Assembly (NCBI GenBank): GCA_963824515.1
Contig: CAWGPN010000018.1
Location: 54,910 to 118,909, forward strand
Origin: an uncultured Acidobacteriota bacterium
GTDB lineage: Bacteria; Acidobacteriota; Terriglobia; Acidiferrales; UBA7541
Reading direction: 5' to 3'
DNA length: 64,000 nucleotides
Position numbers and translations under genes: made by a program. Under the pieces are notes generated by a model. It was not told the DNA's origin. It searched no databases and saw only the letters and a program-made list of their open reading frames with translations. This document shows, in pieces, positions 20,083 through 30,047 of this stretch (positions are counted from its first letter, which is position 1; the number at the start of each line of letters is the position of its first letter).

Positions 20083-23059
20083 TTATTGGGGACTGGTTTT
20101 GGAGGAAGCAATAGAACTTACATAGGCTACGAGTGCTTTCAACTCATTCCCATCCAGGGATATCGGTGGCATTCCACCTTTTTGCATGCTGGCGGATGGA
20201 TGCGTCAGCAAAGTGGTCAGAAGCGCAGGCGTGAAGTTCTTGCCAGCACCTGCAAGTGCAGGGGCTGCCGCTGTACCTCCAACACCACCGGTGCCGTGAC
20301 AGTCGGCGCATCCGTGCGCCTTGAAGATCGCTTTCCCTTTGGACTCTTCTTTCGACAATGCCGGCGCCGCAGCTGGGGCCGCTGCCGCAGTTGACGACGA
20401 TCCGGAACCTGCTGGTGCCGCTGCGGAAGCGGCCGATGTTCCGCCGAGGCTGGTCACGTAGGCAACTAGAGCTTTCATATCGGCAGCACTCAACGTGAGA
20501 GGGACCATGCCGGCAGCTTTCATGTTCGCCCTGGGCGCTTTGAGAAGTGCCGTCAATTTAGCTGGCGGATACTTACTAGAAATATTCGTCAACACTGGCC
20601 CAATGCCGCCTCCTCCGGTCGCTCCGTGACATCCACTGCAGCGTTGAGAATCGAAAATCGCCTTCCCCTTTGAGGCGGTTGCAGCGCCTGGCGAACTTCC
20701 CGCTGTTGCTTTCGAAGGTGCCGCCGATACGGCCCCCGCTTTAGCCGGGGCGGGTGCGGCCGCCCCGGAAGCCGGCGGTGTCGCTGCAGCGGCGGACGAT
20801 GTTCCCCCAAGGCTGGTCACGTAAGAAACCAGAGCTTTCATATCGGCAGGACTCAAAGTCAGAGGGACCATACCTGCAGCTTTCATGTTGGCCCTGGGAG
20901 CTTTCAGAAGTGCCGTCAATTTAGCTGGCGGATATTTACTGGAAATATTCGTCAACGCAGGCCCAGCACCGCCGCCCCCGCTCGTTCCGTGGCATCCACT
21001 GCAGCGTTGAGAAACGAAGATGCTCTTCCCCCGTGCGCTTGCAGCGCCTGCGGAACTTCCCGCTTTTGCTTTCGGAGGTACGGCCGGCGCAGATGAAGGC
21101 GCACCAGATGCAGGAGGTGTCGCTGCAGAGGCGGCGGCTTTCGCCGGTGCGGCTGTCGCAGCGGGCTTCGCTTTTGCGGGCGCTGGAGAGGCCGCCCCGG
21201 AAGCGGCCGGTGCCGCCGGAGAGGCGCTCGATGTTCCGCCGAGGCTGCTGACGTAGGAAACAAGAGCTTTCATATCAGCAGCCTTCAAAGTAAGAGGAAC
21301 CATACCTGCAGCTTTCATGTTGGCCCGGGGCGCTTTCAGAAGTGCCGTCAATTTGGCTGGCGGATACTTACTGGAAATTTTCGTCAACGCTGGTCCAACG
21401 CCGCCGCCTCCGGTCGCTCCGTGGCATCCGCTGCAGCCGTGCGAATCGAAAATGGCTTTCCCTCCAGCGGCAGTTGCACCGCCTGCCGGACTTCCAGCTT
21501 TTGCTGTCGACGATACCCCCGTTGCCGCCCCGGAAGCGGCTGGTGCCCCTGCAGAGGCGGCCGATGTCCCCCCGAGGCTGGACAAGTAGGAGACGAGAGA
21601 TTTCATTTCAGCCGCATCCAGAGTCAGAGGCACCATGCCGGCAGCTTTCATGTTGGCCCTGGGAGCTTGCAGAAGGGCTGTCAATGCCGCTGGCGGGTAC
21701 TTGCTGGAAATATGAGTTAGCGGTGGCCCAATGGCGCCGGCACCGCTCTCGCCGTGACATCCATTGCAGCCGTGAGAATCAAAGATGCCCTTCCCTTCGG
21801 CGGCGGTTGCATCGAGCGAAGTTGAAGCTACGGCCCCAGAAGACGATGGCGCCGAATACGGCTGAAAAGCGGAATAAAAATACGCATGTTCTTGATTGGC
21901 TCTGTTCCGCGAGTTGAGCGGCGACTATAGGGTCGCGGGAATCGTTAAGACGACTCGTCATGCCAAGCCACAGTAAACCGATTAATACAATCAGGACGCC
22001 GCCAACGGGAATTGGTCTGCGCCACGGGCGGCGTTCGAGACCGCGGTCCATGAACGGCAACAAGAAAAACAATCCGATCAGAATTGCCGGAATTATGAAA
22101 GCGCCGATGACCGTGCTCCATCCCTGCCAATACTTCAGCCACTGAAACATGGGCAGAAAATACCACTCCGGTCGAGGTATATAGCGGGTATTTGCAGGGT
22201 TCGCTTCGGGTCCCAGCATTATAGGAAGAAAGTGTGCCAGCATTCCCAAAACACCCATGACAACCAGCACAAAGGCCATATCGATCAGAACTTGCTTGGG
22301 ATAAAACGCTTCTGTAGGCAACTTTGGCTTGACGGGATCTTCGACCGCCGGGCCCGCAGCTCCTGCTTTGCGAAACAAGAAAACGTGGATGGCCACAAGA
22401 GAAAAGATGAGACCTGGAAGGATGAGGACATGAAGAACGTAAAAACGGGAGAGCGTCAGAGCTCCCATCATTGCCCCGCCCCGCATTAGCATCCTAAGGA
22501 GATTACCGACGAACGGCACCTCTCCAGCGATATCCGTGCCGACGGAGCCGGCAGAATAGGCGCTCTGATCCCACGACAATAGATATCCCGTGAAAGCCAT
22601 CCCCATCACAAGAAGCGCAAGGGTGCAGCCCGCAATCCACAGAAGTTCGCGTTTCCCTTTGTAAGACCCCCAGAGAAGCGTCTGCAAGAAATGCAACAGC
22701 AGGACCACGAGCATGGCGGTCGAACCATAGGAATGTAGACTTCGCAGAAAGGATCCTGCCGCGACTTCCTTAACGATGTAGGCCACGCTCGCATGAGCAG
22801 CCATAGGAGAAGGGACGTAGTACAGCGCCAGGCAGAGGCCGGTGACAATCTGCGAAAGGAAAATAAAGAGAAGCGCTGATCCGAAAACATATGCGAAGCG
22901 CGGGCCTCCCGGGATTGGTTCATCCAGGGAGTTGCGAAGTATCCGATCGGCCCCGGTGCGTTGGTCTATCCATATCCACAGACGACCAAGTAGGCTTGGC
23001 CTAGTCCGGCTCTTTTCTGAGTTCGCATCAGACATAAATGATGAACCTTCGCTATTCAA
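20083..23059 (-). CDS. Cytochrome b (b6-type His spacing, PEWY) fused to five class I cytochrome c domains; one extra base near 21895 splits the frame
   Basis: LRSLHS..LLLHF, LHVLILPGLIFSLVAIH, PEWY; CxxCH at 21754-21768, 21421-21435, 20989-21003, 20626-20640, 20296-20310, each followed by GMVP/GMPP Met; the cytochrome c frame has no start codon or signal peptide ahead of the first heme. Confidence 0.85.
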
Positions 23060-23598
23060 CTGATGACCGTTTTGTTGGCCACGTCAGGACGGAAATATTC
23101 GTACTTCACCATTAACTTGCCGCCGGACACTTTGGTTTCCAGCGAATCGAGCCCGCGACGCGGCGGCCCTGAGAGATGGCTGCCATCTGCAGAATATGTG
23201 CCGCCATGGCAGGGACATACGAATTCGTTTCGGCCCGGATCCCAGGGGACAGTACAGCCGAGATGGGTACAGATAGCGGACAATACCTTGATCTTGCCCC
23301 CTGTTTTGATGACATAGACCACCGGTTGACTGGCTGTCTCTCGCCAACCATCGCGCTGTTTGATCTCGAGCGTGCGGCGCAGTGGTGTTTCTAGGTTGGA
23401 AAAACTTGAGACTGAGCCAACTTCCGCCAAGTTTGAATCTCCGGCGTTTGCTGTCAATGGATAAAAGATGTACCGCAGCACCGGAATGGCTAGTAAGGCG
23501 CCGACAAATGCCGTGGCCAACCCAAGGAGTACGCCAACAAAAGATCGACGGGAGCCATCCGGAGGACCTGTCTGGTGATCGTGATCGTGGGATTCCAT
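23056..23598 (-). CDS. Rieske 2Fe-2S subunit of a cytochrome bc complex
   Basis: Tat-like SRRSFVG + TM; CTHLGC and CPCHGGTY. Confidence 0.93.
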   Translation of the reverse strand: MESHDHDHQTGPPDGSRRSFVGVLLGLATAFVGALLAIPVLRYIFYPLTANAGDSNLAEVGSVSSFSNLETPLRRTLEIKQRDGWRETASQPVVYVIKTGGKIKVLSAICTHLGCTVPWDPGRNEFVCPCHGGTYSADGSHLSGPPRRGLDSLETKVSGGKLMVKYEYFRPDVANKTVIS

Positions 23599-23614
23599 TG
23601 ACGACCTCTCCCCC

Positions 23615-24954
23615 TCAAAAGTTCAGCCACAATGCGATAAAGATTGAATTGTTTTGCCGAAGCGTTCCGGCCAGCGCCGTCATAATTGTGACTCGCACCA
23701 TTAAATTTTGCGTAGGCGGTGTACGCTGCCAAGAGTTCGACGTTTTGTATCGGCCACCACCCAACTTGGCCGATGAAGCCGCTGCTGTTGGGACTGCCTG
23801 AGAGGCTGCCGGTAACTGGAGCGGGCGCGTACAGGATTTGGTCGGCACTACCAGTGGTGGAAAAGCCGGCTAGTGTGAACGTATACCGGCTCCGCAGGTG
23901 ATACGTAGCATCCGCCCGAAATGTGTTTAGGTGATGCGAGGGTTCGGCTACGCCACCGACAGCAAATGTGCCGTTGAGGTTAGATTTTTCATGAATATAG
24001 GTGGTGTGGACAGTAAGCAGATTGACGCCAAATGGCCGTTCATATTGAAGATCAACGGCGGGGTCCAGGTACGTATCGGTTGGGCCCATAATTCCACCCG
24101 GGAATCGAGCTCACGTAAATGCCATAGGTTCCAAATTCCAGATAATTCAGTCCCCAAGATTGCTGCCATGCCAGTCGCCAGTAAGGCGCAACTCCATGAA
24201 TATTGATTCCAAACCCCGTGCCGGTGACAGGCTGCGGGCCCCCCGCATGCTCGGAGCGATACACAGTGACACCCGCATACAAATGGTCATTCCACATGGT
24301 GTAGGCGCCCAGACCGGCCACATCCTGAGCGAGCGCTCCGGCGATGATTGGTCCAGCGCTTGGCGAGGGAGCGCTCTCGGAAGACAGCCACGGATATCCC
24401 CAGGATGGCGTGCTGTTCCACACATCTTCAACCGTAGGGCTATTATTCAGGGTAATTCCATACAACAAATCTTTAGAACCCAAAGTCGTATGGTTGGCAT
24501 AACGAATATCCGTGTTGTCCAGAGTGAAATGATCTGACGGATGGTCGTATGTTCCTTGAACCATCCCCCCAAGATGGGGGGAAATCTCACCAGCCAAAAA
24601 GAGACTAAGTTGCTGAGGAAACCCGGCCGTATCGTTTTGCGCGCCGGGGACAGACTTATTTGTGGCGGAATCGCTGAGAAGAAGCATGACGGATAGCGGG
24701 AAATATCGGTTGAGCTTCAAGTCTTTGTCCTCGATGGTCGTATCCGCCTTCTTGTTCGTAAGCGTATAACCCTCCAGCTTGAACTTGCGCCCGAACGCAG
24801 TCAGCTCAGGTGGATTGCTGTGACACACGTTGCACCTAAGTCCGGTTTGCCGGCTGAAGCTTGGAACTGCCTGCATGCCGGGAGACAAACTCACTATGAG
24901 ACCCAGGACAAGTACGCCGCTCGTCAGCGTGCAGGCAAACCTAGCTCGCTTCAT
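23615..24954 (-). CDS. Cyc2-like outer-membrane cytochrome c-porin fusion (two frameshifts, near 24095 and 23655)
   Basis: Signal peptide, then VPSFSRQTGLRCNVCHSNPPELTAFGRKFKLEGY (Cyc2 N-terminal heme motif); aromatic-rich beta strands; C-terminal ...FIALWLNF barrel signature. Confidence 0.85.
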
Positions 24955-25742
24955 GTGTGTGTCGTCTCCACGCCAGAGTGTTGGATCTATAACAGCAATT
25001 GCGACAGCTGTGATTTTGAATTGCGGTTATGTTTCAGAAAATGTGGTGTATTTCCACCCCGCATGAGTGTGGAAACCTTTCGGAACTAAATTCCTTAGGG
25101 CTCGGACGCTTCGCCAGCGTAGACTGCAAGTTCGCACGACCAATCGACGCCCGATCTATCTTCCGGAGCCTAGCTCAGCTCGCCGGAGTACTTGCCAGGC
25201 GATCGTCATGAAGAACAACCGCGTTGTGCACACTTCTGAGCTTTGGAAGTCTACATTTTTTCTCCAAGCTTCCACTTAACAGCAAGTGATTCAAGCCGAA
25301 ATTTTAGACATTGTTGGAAAGCGTTTCTGTGCAATATAGAACACCTTTCAATTTTGGTCACAGCCTGACAACCGCCGGTGAAGACGGCCGTACGTTAGCT
25401 TTTGGAATTCCTCGTGCCACTTCTTTCGGAATCGTTTTGAAGGAATACAAATCGCCCAGAAGGATTTTGGAGGTGTAGTTTCAGAGTGCGTTGACAAGAT
25501 GCTGCGCGCGCCAATGCATGCGACGACGCTATGTTGGGGGAAGTTGCTTCCTTGAGCCAGCGCGAACTAGGAACTGAAGTCTCAGGGCGAACTGTTCGTC
25601 ACGCACTTAAGCCGAGGGCAGAGGTGTTCCGCACCTACTGTCCGATACGGCACAGTTTCCTCGTTGGCACGCTGTCATATTTTAGGTTGGGACTCAGTTT
25701 GGTGACACGAGAAAGATGGCGAGTACCTGAGGAGCTTGCGAA

Positions 25743-26282
25743 ATGACCACACAAAATTCAGTTGTCGCAGTGTATTCCACGCATACGGAAGCGGATCAAG
25801 CCGTCAAAAAGCTTCAGCGCGGTGGCGTCGACATGAAGAAATTGTCGATCGTTGGGAAGGGTTACCACACCGATGAGCACGCGGTGGGCTACTACAACAC
25901 TGGCGACCGCATGAAGTATTGGGGAAAAGTCGGTGCGTTCTGGGGCGGTTTCTGGGGACTCTTGTTTGGCTCTGCATTTTTTATAATTCCAGGTCTCGGT
26001 CCGATCTTGGCGGCGGGACCCGTAGTTGGATGGATCGTGGGAGCGCTCGAAAGCGCCGTGGTGGTCGGAGGGCTTGGAGCATTAGGGGCAGGTCTTTACG
26101 GCATGGGAATCCCCAAGGACAGCATTGTGAAATACGAAGCTGCACTAAAGACAGATCAGTTCCTATTAATCGCCCACGGCACAGCGGCAGAAGTGGCTAA
26201 GGCCAGGGACATCATCGAAACGACGCATCCCTCCCAATATGCCGTACATGCAGGCGAAATAGCAGCGACAGCTGGAGTTTAA
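25743..26282 (+). CDS. Gly-rich membrane protein (general stress/DUF1269-like)
   Basis: GAFWGGFWGLLFG..PGLGPILAAGP..GLGALGAGLYGMGIPKD. Confidence 0.8.
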   Translation: MTTQNSVVAVYSTHTEADQAVKKLQRGGVDMKKLSIVGKGYHTDEHAVGYYNTGDRMKYWGKVGAFWGGFWGLLFGSAFFIIPGLGPILAAGPVVGWIVGALESAVVVGGLGALGAGLYGMGIPKDSIVKYEAALKTDQFLLIAHGTAAEVAKARDIIETTHPSQYAVHAGEIAATAGV

Positions 26283-26339
26283 CCTTCCGCTGAGTTGAGC
26301 GGAAGAAGTTATGTCCGATGGCCTCGCCGGACGGTGCTC

Positions 26340-26470
26340 GCTCTCCTGGAGATTTGGCACGGCCAACAGGCCAGCGTGTTCGCGGCACAGCAGGCTTTCT
26401 ATCATCGCGCCACGTGCAGCCGCGCTGCCCACCGTGGCGAATACACCGCCGCGATGGAAATGGCAGTTGG
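26340..26470 (+). pseudogene. C-terminal fragment of a class I fructose-bisphosphate aldolase
   Basis: LEIWHGQQASVFAAQQAFYHRATCSRAAHRGEYTAAME resembles the class I aldolase C-terminus. Confidence 0.6.
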
Positions 26471-26608
26471 CCTGGAACAACACCATGTAGCGCAAGCATC
26501 GCGTCGACGAACACGGCCGAGACTTGAACGCTCCTGAGTGGATAGCGAAGGCGCGGGAACAACGCAGTCAGCAGATCGTTCCAAGCGCAGTCGACAAGAA
26601 AGGGAACC

Positions 26609-26833
26609 ATGCCTGAGGGCAAGCACAATCACAAGCAGAACGTGGCGGTGGATGGCGAACATGCTCATCACGAATCTGCCCCTTACTGGAAGCGCGCTCA
26701 TCACGATTGGCGTTTTTGGATTGGAATGTTCCTTATGGTGGTGGCCATAAGCGTCTACTTCATGAGCGACGACTTGTCGCTCGTGCCCAGCAGCCACCCG
26801 CGGCCGCCGGCGCCAACTGCGGTCAAGAAATAG
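26609..26833 (+). CDS. Small His-rich single-TM hypothetical protein
   Basis: PYWKRAHHDWRFWIGMFLMVVAISVYFMSDDLS; purine-rich RBS upstream. Confidence 0.6.
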   Translation: MPEGKHNHKQNVAVDGEHAHHESAPYWKRAHHDWRFWIGMFLMVVAISVYFMSDDLSLVPSSHPRPPAPTAVKK

Positions 26834-26842
26834 TAGAGCTCG

Positions 26843-27955
26843 ATGGACACTTGTAAAGAAGGACCGAAACACGTGAAATCACGAACTTATAAAGACGACC
26901 TGAGAGCTTCTCCAGGAGAGATCGGCCTGCTGGCGATAGATGAAAGTGAAGAGCGAGAACGCCTGAGTGAAACACACCTATATCCGCTGCAATTCAAACC
27001 CATCTTTCAGTACCGTCTCTGGGGAGGCCGGCGTTTGGCCGACCTGCTCGCCGCTCCGCTGCCGGGAGACGGTCCGATCGGCGAAGCGTGGGTGCTCAGC
27101 GATCGGGATGACCATTCGAGCCTCGTTGCCGGTGGACCTCTCAAAGGGCAAACGATTGCCCAATTGCTCGAACATTTTCGCGAAGAAATCCTGGGAAGGC
27201 TGGCCAAGCGCTTCCGCCGATTTCCGCTGTTGCTGAAGTTTCTCGATGTGCGGGAAATGCTTTCCGTTCAGGTGCATCCCTCCGATGCACAAACCAACCT
27301 GTTGCTAGCCGGCGAAACCGGGAAGACGGAGGCATGGGTCGTACTCGAGGCGGGAGCAAAAAGCCGCATCAATGCGGGCTTGAAACCAGGTACAAGTGCG
27401 GACAAACTGCGGCGGGCGCTCAAGAACAAAACGATCGCGGACGACCTCTTATTCTTCACCCCGAAGCCCGGCGACGGCGTTTTTATACCGGCTGGAACGG
27501 TTCACTCGCTTGGCGATGGCGTGGTGGTGTTCGAAGTTCAGGAGAACAGCGACGTAACATTTCGCCTTTACGACTGGGATCATATTGACGCGAAGACGGG
27601 CCGCCCGCGACCTCTCCAAGTCGATCACGCGCTTGCCAGCATTAATTTCGCGGAGGGTGCGTCCGGTCTGGTGACGCCCGTGGTGGAGGCGGCCACACCT
27701 GTAGAACGCGAGAGACTTTTTCAGTGTGAGCATTTCTGGTTGTGGCGTTTGCGCGGGCACTCGCCATTTACCGTGGGCGCCGCTGGTGTTCCACGTGTGC
27801 TCGTCTGCATTGAAGGTGCCGGGCAGGTCGATCACCGCGGCGCAACGTATGCCGTCGGAAAGGGCGACGTATTGATGTTGCCGGCGGTGCTCGGAGCTTG
27901 TGCTTTTCGGCCGAGCGGTGAGGTGAATTTGCTGGAGATTGGAATACCGGAATAG
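26843..27955 (+). CDS. manA: Mannose-6-phosphate isomerase, class I (start uncertain, possibly GTG 26873)
   Basis: LWGG, IGEAW, FPLLLKFLD, LSVQVHP, KTEAW, PAGTVH, EVQENSDVTFRLYDW. Confidence 0.92.
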   Translation: MDTCKEGPKHVKSRTYKDDLRASPGEIGLLAIDESEERERLSETHLYPLQFKPIFQYRLWGGRRLADLLAAPLPGDGPIGEAWVLSDRDDHSSLVAGGPLKGQTIAQLLEHFREEILGRLAKRFRRFPLLLKFLDVREMLSVQVHPSDAQTNLLLAGETGKTEAWVVLEAGAKSRINAGLKPGTSADKLRRALKNKTIADDLLFFTPKPGDGVFIPAGTVHSLGDGVVVFEVQENSDVTFRLYDWDHIDAKTGRPRPLQVDHALASINFAEGASGLVTPVVEAATPVERERLFQCEHFWLWRLRGHSPFTVGAAGVPRVLVCIEGAGQVDHRGATYAVGKGDVLMLPAVLGACAFRPSGEVNLLEIGIPE

Positions 27956-28036
27956 TTTGCGGCCGGGTAGCACAGGCATGGTTGGAAAGACGGGAAGCGT
28001 TACTCCAGTGCGCAGGTATACAGAGGTGCGAGGTTC

Positions 28037-28789
28037 GTGAAAAAGCTAATTGTTTTTGATCTGGACGGCACACTTGCCGAGAGTAAATCGGCGCTCGATT
28101 CCGAAATGGCGGCGCTCTTGCATAACCTCCTCGCCATCGTCAAAGTGGCTATAATTTCCGGCGGCGACTGGCCGCAATTTGAAAAACAACTGCTCTCCAA
28201 TCTTCCCCACGACGAACGTTTGGTAAATCTATCGCTCCTGCCTACGTGTGGAACAAAGTTCTTCAAATACGCAGGAGATTGGGAAAAACTTTATTCGGAA
28301 GATTTCACCGCTGATGAAAAAGAGAAAATTATCAGCTCACTGAAGAAAGCGGTAGCTGAAGCAGGTTTCAAGGTCGAAAAGGTTTGGGGAGAAGCAATTG
28401 AAGACCGCGGAAGCCAGGTAACATTTTCCGCGTTAGGTCAGCAAGCCCCCTTAAAAGAAAAAGACAAATGGGATCCCGATTACGCCAAGCGGAAAAAAAT
28501 CAAAGCGATCCTCGCCCCTTTGCTGCCAGGATTTTCTGTCCGAATGGGTGGGGCGACATCCATCGACGTCACAAAACCAGGAATCGATAAAGCTTACGGA
28601 ATCAAAAAGCTGCGAGATCTCCTGGGCATTTCCCTGAAGGAAATGATTTTCATCGGGGATGCCTTGTTCCTCGGAGGGAACGACTATCCGGCGGAAGAAG
28701 CAGGCGTTGTCTCCATCCCGGTCCGCGGTCCGAGCGAGACTAAGCCGGTAACCAAAGCAATCATCGCCTGTCTAGAAAGCAATCCATGA
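28037..28789 (+). CDS. HAD-IIB hydrolase, phosphomannomutase-like
   Basis: FDLDGT, ISGG, EDRGSQ, GGATSID, GD..GGNDY. Confidence 0.85.
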   Translation: MKKLIVFDLDGTLAESKSALDSEMAALLHNLLAIVKVAIISGGDWPQFEKQLLSNLPHDERLVNLSLLPTCGTKFFKYAGDWEKLYSEDFTADEKEKIISSLKKAVAEAGFKVEKVWGEAIEDRGSQVTFSALGQQAPLKEKDKWDPDYAKRKKIKAILAPLLPGFSVRMGGATSIDVTKPGIDKAYGIKKLRDLLGISLKEMIFIGDALFLGGNDYPAEEAGVVSIPVRGPSETKPVTKAIIACLESNP

Positions 28790-29922
28790 GCGCGACCTCG
28801 CGAGTAAATGTGACGAGTGGATTAAAGCTTCAACGCCTGGGCATCTTGATGGAACCCGAGCCGGGTAATCCTCAGGAGATCGGAGGCGTTCTGAATCCAG
28901 CTGTTGTTCGTGGCCCCGATGGCGCCCTTTACCTCTTTCCGCGGATGGTCGCGCAGGGAAATTACTCGCGCATCGGCATTGCGCGTGTGCAATTCAATCA
29001 AGATGGCGATCCCGTAGGCGTCGAGCGTCTCGGCATCGCGCTGGAACCGGAAGCCGATTATGAACGGCGGCCAGATGGCGGCGGTGGATGTGAAGATCCT
29101 CGTATCACGTTCGTAGAACCGCTCAAGCGCTACATCATGACTTACGCCGCATTCTCTTCTCAAGGGCCACGGATCGCCCTGGCCTTATCAGCGGACCTCT
29201 TCCATTGGCAGCGTCTGGGGCTCGCCACTTTTGCTCCGTATCAGGGCATTGAATTTAGCGACGTGGATGACAAAGACGCCAGTCTCTTCCCTGTCGTCAT
29301 TCCAAATCCGTCCGGACAACCTGAAATGGCCATTCTCCACCGGCCTCTTTTTCCCGGAACTCGTCCGGAAGAAACCGCGCGCCACCCTGCGTCCCGCGAA
29401 GTGGATCTCGATCGGGAAAGCATTTGGATTTCCTACTGCCGGATGGTCATCGAAAGTTGTGGACCAAATCACCTCGGCCAGTTTACGTCTCATCACCGCC
29501 TCGCGACTCCGGTGTCGCCATGGGAGCGGCTCAAAATTGGTGGCGGCACTCCTCCTGTCCTAACGCGACACGGTTGGCTGATCATCTATCACGGCGTGAA
29601 GGAAATGGTGAACCCGAGCAACGACCTCCATCCGTTGTGCTACTCGGCCGGGGTGATGGTGCTCTCTAAAGAACACCCCCAGAAGATTCGCTATCGTTCG
29701 TCGGAGCCCGTGTTAACTCCGGAGTTGCCGCAAGAACGCGACGGGATCGTCGCCAACGTTGTGTTTCCCACGGGCATCGACCGGCGCGACGATCTTGGCG
29801 CTCCAGACCGCTTCGACGTCTATTACGGCATGGCCGACAACCGGATCGGTGTCGCACGCCTCGACTTACCGGATGTATTGCCGCCGGGAGGGGTCGCTGA
29901 CTCGCCAGCAGCAAAAGTGTAA
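28786..29922 (+). CDS. GH130-like glycosidase / beta-mannoside phosphorylase
   Basis: VLNPA, GCEDPRI, KDA, HRP, VVFPTG, YYGMAD. Confidence 0.85.
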   Translation: MSATSRVNVTSGLKLQRLGILMEPEPGNPQEIGGVLNPAVVRGPDGALYLFPRMVAQGNYSRIGIARVQFNQDGDPVGVERLGIALEPEADYERRPDGGGGCEDPRITFVEPLKRYIMTYAAFSSQGPRIALALSADLFHWQRLGLATFAPYQGIEFSDVDDKDASLFPVVIPNPSGQPEMAILHRPLFPGTRPEETARHPASREVDLDRESIWISYCRMVIESCGPNHLGQFTSHHRLATPVSPWERLKIGGGTPPVLTRHGWLIIYHGVKEMVNPSNDLHPLCYSAGVMVLSKEHPQKIRYRSSEPVLTPELPQERDGIVANVVFPTGIDRRDDLGAPDRFDVYYGMADNRIGVARLDLPDVLPPGGVADSPAAKV

Positions 29923-30047
29923 GCCACTCGATTTTAGGAATTCAAAATCGTGAACGAAACTTCTCCGAAAACGCCAGACCACCGTTTTTCCAAGACCCAG
30001 CGGAGCGAGATTCGGTGGCGGGAGAGAGCACAGAAAGGATACTCGGT

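Noticed and set aside
20083-21780. Regularly spaced DNA repeats as a CRISPR or non-coding array
   Set aside because: The repeats are in-frame duplicated cytochrome c domains; no cas genes or spacer pattern were seen in the window
24955-25740. Long intergenic region upstream of the cyc2-like gene as a riboswitch or Fnr/Fur-regulated promoter
   Set aside because: Only weak partial palindromes; no convincing consensus box or RNA fold by eye
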